From Octopus bimaculoides (taxonomy: Eukaryota): a DNA stretch of 64,000 nt. Under the pieces are notes generated by a model. That model ran no database searches and was not told the origin of the DNA. It saw nothing but the letters and a program-made list of their open reading frames with translations. Each line of letters opens with the position of its first letter. The first letter of the stretch is position 1. A program made the position numbers and the translations under genes. Of the stretch, positions 13,453-26,332 are shown piece by piece. Where the stretch lies: the NCBI RefSeq assembly GCF_001194135.2, contig NC_068986.1, positions 63,961,055-64,025,054 on the forward strand, in the 5' to 3' direction.

Positions 13453-13690
13453 CATCATCATCATTTAACATCCACTTTTCCATGCTTACAATAATCAAAC
13501 AGAATTTGTTTAAGCAGATTTCCTGTATCTGGATGCTCTTTTTGTCGCCAACCCTCACCTGTTTCCATGAAAGACTAGAAACAAACACCATTGCTTGTAT
13601 GGCAGCACATGATGGTTGTAAATGAGCATTTACAACCATCATGTGCTGTTCACACAACAGGTTTCTTACACTTTCCATCCGCCAAATCTA
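13449..13690 (-). mobile_element. SINE or LINE tail with RTE-type 3' end and (GAT)n tail
   Basis: Reverse complement of the tail ending gcatggaaa..gatgttaaatgatgatgat. Related copies at about 7060-7240(+), 15770-15840(+), 16230-16420(-), 40850-41024(+), 50180-50465(+) and 57915-58245(+). Confidence 0.7.
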
Positions 13691-14588
13691 AACATGGTAT
13701 ATAACCTCATACATATATTTACACATGTACACATGCCTACATACATGCATGTGCTGCTCTTTGAGAGTACCACAGTTGTTTCAGTTTCTCATGTAAAGCT
13801 GATGCTAGATATAATGCTGAGCTCAACACTTAAAAACAAGCACTGTATAATTAGAAAGTTACATTTTATTAGATCCTACATATACATCATCATGATGAAA
13901 TGATTGTTTAGTGTCCCAGATGAGACTATAATAGGTGTTAAAACTTGTGTTTGTGGGCATTATTTAGTTACAGCATTTTTCTTTGATAAATATAATATTG
14001 AAGTTTCATGCAGCTAAAAAGTGTTGGCAACAGACAGGTATCCTACTATATATAAAAAGAAAAAAAGCAAAACCTCAGAAAAACCATCCAACCCGTGTCA
14101 GCTTGGCAAAGTGAATGTAAAACATTAATAATAATGCTATGTAAAATTGAAGACTGGTTAAAAGTTTCAGTAATGAGACACTCCCAAACTCTCATTGTTT
14201 TTTACTGGCGAGTCTCAATTTTTCTAAGCTTTGTTATCTAAATGTATAAATTTCTTACATTGTCAAGAATTTCTTCACACTTTGGTTATATCAGCAATAA
14301 TAGATTGTATCTAAAACATTAAAAAAAAAATTAACTTTTTGTGTGGAAGGGTGGTTGCTGGAGATAAAATATTAGAATAGAGGTGAGTAAATCTGCATTT
14401 TGTACCTGAAGTAAGATGTACAAAGGATTAGATCATGCTTCACACATAGGTTTCATGTTTATATATATACATAATTTTAAGATCTGTTTTCCCATCATGG
14501 CATGGATTGAGTAGGATGCTTTTTTGCAAACAGTTTTATGGCACACCAATATGGTTTGCCTATTGTAAAAACCAAGATGTATACAATA

Positions 14589-14633
<45 letters not shown>

Positions 14634-14957
14634 TACTGCCCTACTCTTCGAAACGCCTGTGTTAGAATGGGGGTAGCTGATGAAGGAAAATGTTCTCTAT
14701 GTGGCCTGTGTGTGTTCTGTACTCTGTTTATAATTTTTTTTTTTTTGTCTACGTTTTATTTGCAATGTCCTGTACCCAGATATGCACCTATATATACAGG
14801 TAGGCGTAGGTATGCACATACCTGTATGTATATATGCATATNNNNNNNNNNTACGTTTTATTTGCAATGTCCTGTACCCAGATATGCACCTATATATACA
14901 GGTAGGCGTAGGTATGCACATACCTGTATGTATATATGCATATACTCATTTATTATT

Positions 14958-14998
<41 letters not shown>

Positions 14999-15006
14999 TA
15001 TTTTTA

Positions 15007-15045
<39 letters not shown>

Positions 15046-16518
15046 CTTTAGTTAAATATATTCAATGAGAATATTATATACTGAATTTATATTGGGTGCT
15101 CTATTGTATCATTATATTAATACTATTAACACAAGCCATTGTATATATATTTTATAATATATTATTATTAATATCATGAAATCAATATTGGAAAATTCAT
15201 CGGAAGGATATATACATGTGTAGAGTAATTGCTGTATTAAAACTATATGTAAAAATATATGTAAATATGTATAAGTATAAATATATAGTATAATAATAAT
15301 AGATATGTCAGTTTAAAAATTTTGAATTAGATTTTAAATTATCTTACGATCATTTCACAAGAGCGCTGTCTTAATAATGGAATCCTATATTGATAAGCAT
15401 TTATAGACAACTCTTCTGCTCTTCAGAGATATAAAATTTTGAATTTGTATAATTTATCAAATGGTATTTTTTTAAAGATATGAAGTAATATAAAAGGTGT
15501 TTGTTTGAAATATAATGGTGAGCCTGGTAACTGATGGTTTTGGGGTCTTGTTGTTTGTAACTTTTGGTGAGCCATGGTGCAACCAACAACGTGGTAAAAA
15601 TCCCTGCCATTAATTTGGTGTGGATGGGTAATATCAAATAATTCAATCACAACATATATTTAAATTAAACACACACATACAAATACACACACACACACAC
15701 ACACACAAACATGGATATGCAGTTTACATACATACATACGTACACATACATATATATATATTAGATTGGAGCCAGTCCTCAGTCAAATCGTCCAACCCAT
15801 GCTAGCATGGAAAGCGGATGTTAAACGATGATGATGATGATATATATATATGCATACACACACACTCACACATATATGAGTATGCACACACATGCACACA
15901 AACAAACAAAAGGAACACAGCTCCAATAATAGTGTCAACAACTATTGAGAAAGTTGCGAGAAACAATGAAAATTCTGGAAGAAAAAAAAATAAATGTATA
16001 AATAAATTGAGTGGAAATTGAACTGTTGAGTGTTTTAGTTAATAAGGCATAAAGACAAAATTAATCTCCCCAGACACAACAAAATATGCTTCAGTACACA
16101 AATTCACATAAATAATCTTGCAAACCAGATACAAATATGAAGTAAAATGTTAATCATTTATTTTTGTCTTTGGAAATGGCAGTGGTGAAGCCATTTTGAT
16201 AAGATGGTTAAATGCATTGCAACAGCATCATCATCATTTAAAGTCCATCTTCCATGTTGACTTAAGTTGGACAGCTTGACAGAATTTGATGAGCCAAAGG
16301 CTTGCATTAAGCTAGATTCTCTACTTTGGTATAGTTTCTGTAGTTGGATGCCCTTCCTAACAAAGTATACTGAGTATTTTTTTTCCTGACACCAGCACTA
16401 GTGAGGTCACCAAGTAACTTCCAAGACAAGACCTCATTGATTGAGGGTAACTGCTTTTTTTTTTTCTTGTGTATGTGTGCAATTTATTTTATTAATTATA
16501 TCCATCATTATTTTGCAG

Positions 16519-16650
16519 ATACTTCAGTTGACATCATGTCCTTAGATATTCAAGTGAATGCAGTTGCAACTGCCTTAAAAGGTTTTTTTAATGATTTAAT
16601 GGAAGCATTGTTTCCTTCAAACCTTATCAATGAGTTAACGGAAGCATCTG
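16519..16650 (+). CDS. ARHGAP35: p190 RhoGAP exon E (DTSVDIMSLDIQVNAVATALKGFFNDLMEALFPSNLINELTEAS)
   Basis: Acceptor ttattttgcag, donor G|GTGAGT, 132 nt, phase 1-1. VATALKGFF matches the RhoGAP A.xLKxFF motif. Confidence 0.95.
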
Positions 16651-18059
16651 GTGAGTGAAATGTTTTTCTTTTACTATTTTTCTTTTTTACTTAAAAATAT
16701 ATTCAAGGATAGAAAAACATTTTTTTTTTTTCTTTATTACAAAAGAGGACATGGGAACAATAAAATCATGACAGAATTCAGATTTGCTGAAGGAAGATGG
16801 AATAGTGAAACCAAGTAAAACCTTTGTTCCTAAAATAATCCCTGTTTCTGGTGTCCTTAAGGGATTCTTAACTGTTGGTGTGCTTAATTCTGGTTTCATG
16901 GAATTAAATGGGAGAGTGATAAATTTTTCCCTGTATAAGTCCAGAGATAACATATCATAAAATGTCTGAATACTATTGTTAACATGAAAACAGAGTGGCA
17001 ATATAAAAATGAAAGTAGTTGCTAATACACAGTAGAATTTCTGCTGAAGATGTAGAGCTGAGATTTGTGAGCTGACAGTCCAAAACCATAACCACTTGCT
17101 AATTTTCTTTTTGTCTTATAAAGTTAACAAGTTTTTGTGGGTTCATAATTTAAAAAACATCTTACACTTGTAATATACATTTATTTTTAATATATATATT
17201 AACCATAAATAGGGATTTAATTAACATGCCATACTATCTTTAAATGCTATGTTACAAACATCTATAATGCATTTTAAAGGTTAGTGTAGTAATTAACAAT
17301 ACTGGCTAGCAAAAATGAGTTATAAGTATCTGAGCTATTTGTTACTAGCTGATTAGTTAAAGTCTTTGTATAAATATTGTATTATACCCCTTGGAAAATA
17401 TTACATCTTATGGTGTAATACTTAACAAGGGTTAGTTCCCCCAACTCCTTATCTCATGGTTAACTTCAGGAAGATTATTTCAGTTTCATAAGAAGTATTA
17501 CTCAAAACATTCATATACAGACCATTTAGCTCAAGCTTGCATGGAAAAATCGCTTTTATTTTATACCCTTCTTTCCATGATAGCATGAGTAGGCTGGTTT
17601 TTGCTGAAGCACTAGTTGTTTTCACATTTGGATACCCTTTCTGTGGTTAACTGTTCAGATCTGAAGTAGAGTTTTAAATTATTTTATGTGTCAAGAGAAT
17701 GTGGTATTTTAGTTACAACAGATGTTTATCTTGGCTTGAAGCACAAAGTAATAGCTGAAGAAACAGTTGAAACCTCTGATATTGATCAAGTGGATAACAG
17801 CTTTGACATCCACTCATCTTTGTAAAGAATGTAAAGATATTAGAAATGCTGCTGTTGTTTTTCTTTAGGGCCAAGAGTTATTTTCCATATTTGAGAATAA
17901 GATTAATAAGCACATTTTAATCTATATTGCTTCAAATTTTAAAAAAAATCTGTTCTGTTATGTCTGCTGTTTCTATCAAGAAGATCATTGTTGTTTTTCT
18001 TCAATAAATGTCACCACACACATTACAAAATACCTTATTGTTTCCATTTCATGCTGCAG

Positions 18060-18077
18060 AAGGAAAAGATGGAGCAG
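18060..18077 (+). CDS. Candidate alternative 18-nt microexon of p190 RhoGAP (adds EGKDGA)
   Basis: ttgtttccatttcatgctgcag|AAGGAAAAGATGGAGCAG|gtaata. Phase 1-1 and frame-preserving between exons E and F. No transcript evidence available. Confidence 0.45.
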
Positions 18078-19466
18078 GTAATAACTTTAGACATTTGTCT
18101 GTTGTCATGTTGTCACCTAATGCACCTATTCTTTTCTTTATCCCTCCCTCTCTAGAAAACACTGTTTCACCTGTCTTATTTTCACTTTCACTTTGAGCTG
18201 CTTCCAATTTATATCATCAATACATCTATTTTGTGATAGAACAAATATTAGCACTACTATTTACATGATTTTGTTTTCCATAAGATTTTTTTTTCATGTC
18301 CCTTTACTTTCCTATTTTCTTTTGTAAAGTTGATACAAGCTTTTAAAAATCTAGTTCAATTAGAAACTAGAAATTTTCAATGTCAAGCAGCTTCATGATC
18401 TATGTTGTAACGTGTTTAATGTCTGAGACTAAGAATTGATGCTCATACAACTAAGATGGTGAAACTGATAAAATATAGCAACCTAGATAATCATTTGTGC
18501 TAATGACCTTTACAGCATCAAAAATGTAGATTGTTTTGTATGTTGTTTTGAAGAAACTACAAGTGCCCATTTCAGTACATGGAAAATCAATTTCCAAATC
18601 CTGAAAATGTATGAAAACCTTCCCCGCTCTATCTTTCTCCCACAATGTCTGTAGTGTTTTCTCCTCTGAACTTGCTGAGTCATTCCCAACATTCAGTCAA
18701 ACCCTCTCTTTGCATCTATTTTTTCCATTTACTTCTGAAACTCCTCCCTATACTGCAACTTCATCTGTAGGTTCTACACTGAATTCTAAATACAATTCCC
18801 TACCTTAAAAAAAAATGTAAATAAAAACACTTTCTGAAATTACTATAGAGGTAAGTACCTTTAACACCTGAAATAAAGGATTTTCTGCACTAACTTCCTC
18901 ACCATTCTTCTCTGGTGAGTCTACAGTTTATGTTTCACTCTTCCTCATTGGGTCAATACATAAAATAGAAAAATTTGCCAGTCCAATCAATTTTTTATTG
19001 ATTATTTAAAGTTGTATCTATAAAGATTAAATATAGTACTCTGCAGTAATATCATGTCTTAGAACATCATGAAACAAAGAGTTTAGAAGTAAGTGAATCT
19101 GAAGAATTTATATGTAGTAAATTATTGAAAGTAAGAATTTCTGATTCAAAAGAATGAAACTTGGGTATCACTTATTTCTTTTGACTAGTACTTTATTGGT
19201 CATAGGGGAATGAAAATTAAACAATCAAGGTAGGACTTTTCCTCAGTCTTTAGAAGGACCAAACTGAACCTGTTTTATTTGTTCATTGACTATATGTACT
19301 AGTATAGTTTTGTATAGAGTACTGAATAATAAAGATTATTATTTAAAAGTAGTTGAGATAACCTGACCTAAGACAAAACAACTATGCAACTGGGAAGAAG
19401 GGCCATCAAACATAAAATGAAGGTGTTTTGCATATTTAGCTTTTCAAGAGTTATTGGCATACTCTG

Positions 19467-19503
<37 letters not shown>

Positions 19504-20035
19504 CCATGTGGAAGCATTTTACTGAAGTGATTAATATAAGCATGTTATCATTTAGGAATACTTATTAGAAGGGTTTTGATGTGAAGATTCAGTCCACACT
19601 CATAGAGAACATTTTCTTATGAATATTTATCAACAAAATTCATTTGCAGATGTTATTTTATGTGCATATCTGCTTATCTGTTGGTCTATTGTTGACTCCA
19701 GATTTTAATAATTCTAAGGTGATTAATCATTTTAACATTTCTAATATACTAGACATTTTTAGCTGTTTTTTAAGGTTGAGATTTGTTAATAAGTATATAT
19801 GATGTTCAAAATTGTGGGTTGCAACAGCTGAGTGATCTATCTGACACAAGGTAAGTTTTAGGCCTAATTAGTGTTAGGCATGGTTGTATGATTAAGAAGT
19901 TTCCTTTTCAGCTATTTGATTTCAGGTCCCGTCCTACTATGTTGCACTTTAGGCAAGTGTCTTCAATTATTTATAGCTCTGGGATGACCCAAACCTTGTG
20001 AGTGAACTTGGTATTTGGAAACTGAAAGAAGCCTG

Positions 20036-20108
<73 letters not shown>

Positions 20109-20110
20109 CA

Positions 20111-23100
20111 CTTTATTAAAAAGCAGCAAAAATATCACAAAAGCTGTTACTCAGAGTTTCACATTCCCGTTGCTTCAGATGGTTTTGTTTAGAATGGAGC
20201 ATGATAAAGTGATATGCAGAAATAATCAAAGAAAACCTTAAATCAAAAATAGCTTCTGAAGAAGGAAGAAGGCCTGAATACCCAGAGTAAATAATTAGCT
20301 GTAAAAATAGCAATAGATTAAAAGGTGTATCCATTTAAAAAATGTTCACGCTAAATTACATATACATTTAGCAATACATACACATACCAAGCAATCTATA
20401 GTATACATATATACATTAAACATACAGACGTAGGTACATGGATACATACATATACAGACATATATAAGCAAAACATAAATGTATACAAATGCATATATAT
20501 GTGTATGCACACACACAAAACCTCCTGGCATATATTTATACAAGTTAGTTGTTACAGGCGAAAGAAAGAAAAGGAAAAATCAGAGAATAAGTGGGGAGGG
20601 GGGAGAAAGAAGAAAAAGAAATAAAAGAAAAACAAAAAATTAGAGGGAGAGAAAAATGATTGGCATTCCAATAAGTATCTGATGAAAGTTAGATACTTTG
20701 TTCAGCTTGTGAAACATACACATAAAATTACATATATATCTACACAAATACAAACATACATACACATATAGACATGCATACAAATATACAAATAAATATT
20801 ACATAAATACATGCCCACACACATATATATATATATACACACATATACACGTGTGTTTGTATATATATATATACACACATACATATATATACATGTACAC
20901 ACACATACATATACATACTCATACCTATAATACATATGTACACATCAAGATAAATATACACATCATAACGTATATACGCAAACATTTTAAATAACTCTCT
21001 GATATATATAATATTAAAATGTTAAAATAAGAAAATTGCACAATAAATTAATGTAACATAATTAAATGCATGCATGAGCAATAAAAATAAACTACGGTGA
21101 AACTTAAGCCTAAATTTGTAAAACAGTCGAAGGCGTTCTTAAAAGTGAAGTTGAAATATGCACTAGCATTGTAATACAACATAACTATAAGGTGTAAAGT
21201 CAAATTCAAATATGACAGTCAAAATTTTCCAAAAGTCAACACATTTTACCCGTACAGTATTTTATCGGTTGACATTTTAAACCTCATAGCCTACCTTCAG
21301 GAATTTAAGAGCTCATGTCTCTGGTTCAAAGCATGTTTATTCTGGAACATGATGAAGAACTTTTCTGAGAGGCAAAGATTACATTTCATGGGTCTTTTAT
21401 GATGATGCTTTTTCTAGAATTTCCCAGGTTACATTGAAAGGACGGGTGTCAGTCTCTTTCATATCCCAGACATGCTTTGCAAGTCTAGTTGCTGTCCTAT
21501 TCTTGGGGTATCAGAAAGAATTTTGGTAGGAATAGAATCAAGTCTTGAATGAATTTTCCGAAGCCCCTGTGTATGTTTTATATTCTTGTGAGCCATCTAC
21601 TTGCACTTTAAACAATTCCTTTTTCAAGACATTTACCTTCCAACAGACAGCAAGTCTTATCTTTGCAGTTGCAGTTCCTCAGATTAGATTTGGCACTGTG
21701 GTTGTTTGTGATAATTTTTGTGTTATGCAGATTAATAAAAGAGGTGAAGTTTTTGCAACAAGAATAGCTAACCTTCAATGTTCTCCTATTAAAAATTCTA
21801 TGGAACTTATGGCTAGATTGAAACTGTTTAGAAGCTAAATTTAAGAATTCCCTACCTATATTAGTTTTTACGGCAATATTAAATATAGGGTTAAACCACA
21901 AAACTTTCCTGGTTCTAGTTCTACATGGTCTATTATTGTTAGAATAAACTTAACTATATTGAATCTTCTCCGAGAATCCACTCTTCCTTAATGCATTATT
22001 GTAATACAGCACGGCATTTTGAAATGCTGTCTCATCTGAAGAAATTGATATTTGCCTTCCTACATTACTAAGTTCTTAAGAATTACGGGTGAATGATTAG
22101 ATTCTTTGCTAACGTAACATAGCTTTACATTGGGCTTACGGTAGGGTTTAAATTTATCTAATGGCAAATCTTAGTTGATATCTCAAAAAATCTACTTTAT
22201 TAAAGGTTGTTTCTATCGTAATCCATAAGCCCATTCTTTGGAAGAAAGTAATCAGATTCTCCCTAAGTTTATCTAACTCATGTCTGTTTATAAGACTGTC
22301 ATCCCTGTATAATCCTGCATCTATAAAAGGGAAAGTTCTTCATCCTGTTCCAGGATAAACATGCTTTGAATCAGAGATGCAAGCTCTTAAATTCCTGCAG
22401 GTATGCCGCAAGGTTTAAAATGTCAACCAATAAGATATTGTATGGGTAAAATGTTTTGACTATTGTATTTGAATTTGACTTTACACATTATAGTTATGTT
22501 GTATTACAATGCTAGTGCATATTTCAACTTCACTTTTAAGAAAGCCTTCGACTGTTTTACAAATTTAAGCTTAAGCTTCACCGAGATTTATTTTTATTTT
22601 TCACTCATGCATTTAATTATGTTACATTAATTTATTGTGCAATTTCCTTATTTTAATATTATATATATCAGACAGTTTTTTAAAATGTTTGCGTATATAC
22701 GTTATGATGTATATATTTATCTTGATGTGAAGATATGTCTCTATATGTTTATGTGTATGAAATATATTGTAGGTATGTGTATGTATGTGTGTGTACGTAT
22801 ATATATATATATGTGTGTGTGTGTGGGTATTTGCGTACATATTTATTTGTATATTTGTATGTGTGTGTATTTGTATGTTTGTATTTATGTAGATATATAT
22901 GTAATTTTATGTGTGCGTTTTTATGTGTACTTTTTGCAAACTGAACGAAGTATCTAACTTTCGTTAGATACTTATTGGAATGCCAATCATTTCACTCTCT
23001 CTACCTCCACCTACTTTTTTCCCTTTCTCTCTCTAATTTTCTGTTTCTTTTTCTTCTGCCCCCCCCCCCCCACTTGTTATTCTCTGATATTTTTCCTTTT

Positions 23101-23624
23101 CTTTCTTTTGCCTGTAACAACTAACTTGTGTAAGTATATGCCAGGAGGTTTTTTGTGTGTGCATGCATACACATATATATGCATTTGTATATAGTTATGT
23201 TTTGCTTATATATGTCTGTATATGTATGTATCCATGTACCTACGTCTGTATGTTTAGTGTATATATGTATATTATAGAATGTTTGGTATGTGTATGTATT
23301 GCTAAATGTATATGTAATTTAGCGTGAAAATTTTTTAAATGGATACATCTTTTAATCTATTGTTATTTTTACAGCTAATTATTTACTCTGGGTATTCAGG
23401 CCTTCTTCCTTCTTCAGAAGCTATTTTTGATTTAAGGTTTTCTTTGATTCTTATAATAATATGATTTTGAACCATAATTTGTTATTTCATGCAACTTGTT
23501 ATTGAAAAGACCGTTAGTTGAAAGGACCAATGAAACAAAACCATTTCCAAATGTGTATCTATCAAAGTAATTGTAGTTCTGCATATAACAGTTTTTGTGA
23601 TATTTTTGCTGCTTTTTAATAAAG
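20111..23624 (-). mobile_element. Penelope-like retroelement (C-terminal GIY-YIG, CxCx5C linker, probably Hydra-type), 5'-truncated, with inverted pseudo-LTRs
   Basis: Minus strand 22330-21365 gives decayed GLYRDD, KPYRKPN..YVSKESNH, WFNP..KTNIGREFL, CNCKDKTCC and GIV(Y)..KTYTG. Arms 20111-21363 and 22332-23624 are inverted copies of the ORF end plus 3' UTR. AATAAA precedes (TA)n at the left end. Confidence 0.88.
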
Positions 23625-24102
23625 CATATTACTCTACCTCTGGTATTCGAGTACTATTTTTTCCACCTTGTTTCGCATTTATGTGCTTGCTCTGGTATAT
23701 ATGTGTGTGTGTGTGTATGCGTTAGTATCTCCTTATTTTGACATTGTGTGTTAGTTGTAAATGAGCATCACTGTCATGTAAAAGAGGTCCTTCATTTTCG
23801 ACCTTCTATAAAAACATGTCTGGCCATTGGCGAAATATTACCTAGCTTGGGAACAGGTTGAAGATCTACCTCAATAAACCCTGTCTATTCTGTGTGAGCA
23901 TAGAAGAGTGAATGTTAAAATGCATTATATTGAAATTGGTTCATGAAAATTCATTAGACAAGAATAACTCCTAAATGTAGTTCCAATAACCATTGTTCAC
24001 AAAATACATAAATGTTGAAAATTTATATTTCAAAGTAAAAAGTGTGTCACCCTTTTATGTTATTAAATTAAATGTATTCTTTTAAAACTATTTTATTCCT
24101 AG

Positions 24103-24208
24103 GGTTTCCAGAAAAAAGCAGCAGACTATTAGCATTAAGAGGAGTCCTTAAGAAATTACCACCTACAAATTATGAAGTTCTCAAGTACCTCATTACCCAT
24201 TTCAGTCG
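24103..24208 (+). CDS. ARHGAP35: p190 RhoGAP exon F (GFPEKSSRLLALRGVLKKLPPTNYEVLKYLITHFSR)
   Basis: Acceptor ttttattcctag, donor CG|GTAGGT, 106 nt, phase 1-2. LPPTNYEVLKYLITH is a RhoGAP core motif. Missed by the ORF track. Confidence 0.95.
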
Positions 24209-24325
24209 GTAGGTATACAGTCTCATGATCTTATGCACCACACATCTCTATTTTCACTGACAAATTCTCAGTCCTAGTTATTACAGCAATAATGATAACA
24301 ACAATAACAACAATAATAACAATAA

Positions 24326-24554
24326 TGGTTTCAAGTTTTGGTACAAGGCCAGCAATTTCAGGGGAGGGTGTATGTCAATAATATCAACCCCAGTGCTCAA
24401 CTGGTACTTATTTTATCAACCCTGAAATGATGAACAGCAAAGTTGACCTCAACAGAATTTGAACTCAGAACATAAAGATGTACAAAATATCACTAAGCAT
24501 TTTCCCTGGCATGCAAACAGTTCTGTCAGCTCACCACCTTATTATTATTATTAT

Positions 24555-24594
<40 letters not shown>

Positions 24595-25460
24595 TTCTAA
24601 TTTAGGTACAAGGCCTGGAATTTTAACTGCATGAGAGTAGTTGATTAAATCTGTCCCAGTTCTTGGCTGGTTTGTTTTATCAACCCTGAAAGGGTGATTG
24701 GCTAAGTTGACCTTGGCAGGATTTGAACTCAGAATCTAAAGAGCTAGAAAAATGCCACAAAGCATTTTTACCAATACTCAAATGATTCTGCCAACCCACT
24801 ACTCTGAGCCATAATAATGATTTCAAATTTTGGCATAAGGCCAGCAATTTTAGTGGAGGGGATAAGCTGATTACGTCGACTCCAGGGTCACTGGTGCTTA
24901 TTTTATTGACCCCAAAATGATGAAAGGCTAAGTCGACCTCAACACAGTTTGAATTCAGAAGGTAAAACAGACAAAATGTTGCTAAACATTTTGCCCAGCA
25001 TGCTAACAGCTCTGCCAGATCACCACTTTATCCCTGAGTCATAATAATAATTTCTAACATGGCCAGACATTTTGGGAAAGGAGGTTAGTCAAATAGATTG
25101 ATTCCAGTACTTGACTGAATCCTGGAAGGATGAATAGTAAAATGACCTCAATATTTAAACTCAGAATGCAGAATTGGAATAATACCAGCAAGATATTTGT
25201 CCGCTTCTCTAATAATTCTGTGAATCAACTACTCTAATACTAATTATAGTAATAATAATTATAATAATTGTTTCTAACACAAGAACAAGGCCTACAATTT
25301 TGGTGGAGGGTGTTTGGTAACTAAATCAAACCCTGATTCTGATTGGCCCTGTACTTTTATGGAGCTCAGGGTTGGTCTCAGTAGGATATGAACTTAGAAC
25401 ATAAATAGCCAAAACAAATACCACAAGCATTTTATTTACTGCTCAAACAAATCTGTCAAT
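24326..25460 (-). mobile_element. Chain of about 5 tRNA-type SINE copies, minus strand, separated by (AAT)n/(TAG)n
   Basis: Repeated reverse complement of gcagaat..gttctgagttcaaat..actttgcctttcatcc..taagtaccag..ggccttgtgcc starting near 24326, 24594, 24820, 25045 and 25270. Confidence 0.85.
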
Positions 25461-25714
25461 CTATCATAATATATTGACCCCAACTCATAATTTTTCAGGA
25501 AAGGTTTAATTATTACCTTCTGTTCAAAGAACAATAGTACTTGATACTATTTTTTTAGTCCTAAATCAGCTCTGATTAAACAGACCCATGATCTAGAAGC
25601 CATAGTCATAACCATCTGTATCAGTGGGATCAACTATCTCACCCCACCCTCAAAGTTGCCTAAATTAGAAACAATTCAGACAGACAAGTAGCCTACAGAA
25701 TCATTAGAGCACTG

Positions 25715-26299
25715 GGGGATGGGGGATGCTCTGTAGTAATTGTTCTGGTTCTTTACATTCTGAATTCAAATCCTACCAAGATCAACTTTGCCTTTTATCC
25801 CTGATAGAAGTACCAGTCAAATACTGGGGTCAGTTTAATCAACTTCTCTCCCTGCAAAACTATTGGCCTTATATCTAAATTAGAAATTATTTGGGGAGTT
25901 GATTGACTGAATCAATAGAGCATTGTAAATATGCTTGCAGCATTTGTTCCAGCTCTTTACAAATTCCTCCTTTCATTTTTTCAGGGTCATTAAACTGGAG
26001 TCAGTACTATTAACTTACACACTCTCCTCAAACTTTTAGCTTTGAACCAGAATTAGAAAGAATTGCTCAATGTTGTTATTATTAGGGTGGCAAGCTGGCA
26101 GAATCCTTAGCATTGCAAGTAAAATGCTTAGCAGCATTTCATCTGTCTTTACATTCTGAGTTCAAATTCTACTGAGGTCAACTTTGCCTTTCATCCTTTC
26201 TGGGTCAATGAAATAAGTATCAGTTTTTAGTACTGGGGTCAATGTAATCGACTATCCCCTTTCCTCCAAATTTCAGGCTTTGTGTCTTTAGTAGAAAGG

Positions 26300-26332
<33 letters not shown>

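Noticed and set aside
14633-14720. CGAAAC and CTGATGA motifs in a TA-embedded repeat as a hammerhead
   Set aside because: I could not build stems I to III in any hammerhead topology. It may still be a PLE pLTR fragment.
13265-15068. YIYIYI/CVCVCV/HTHT-rich ORFs here and throughout the window
   Set aside because: They are translations of (TA)n, (TG)n and (CA)n microsatellites.
20250-20300. CTGAAGA-AGG..CCT-GAATA in the PLE arm as a hammerhead
   Set aside because: It is antisense to the element ORF, GAAA is broken, and there is no convincing stem III.
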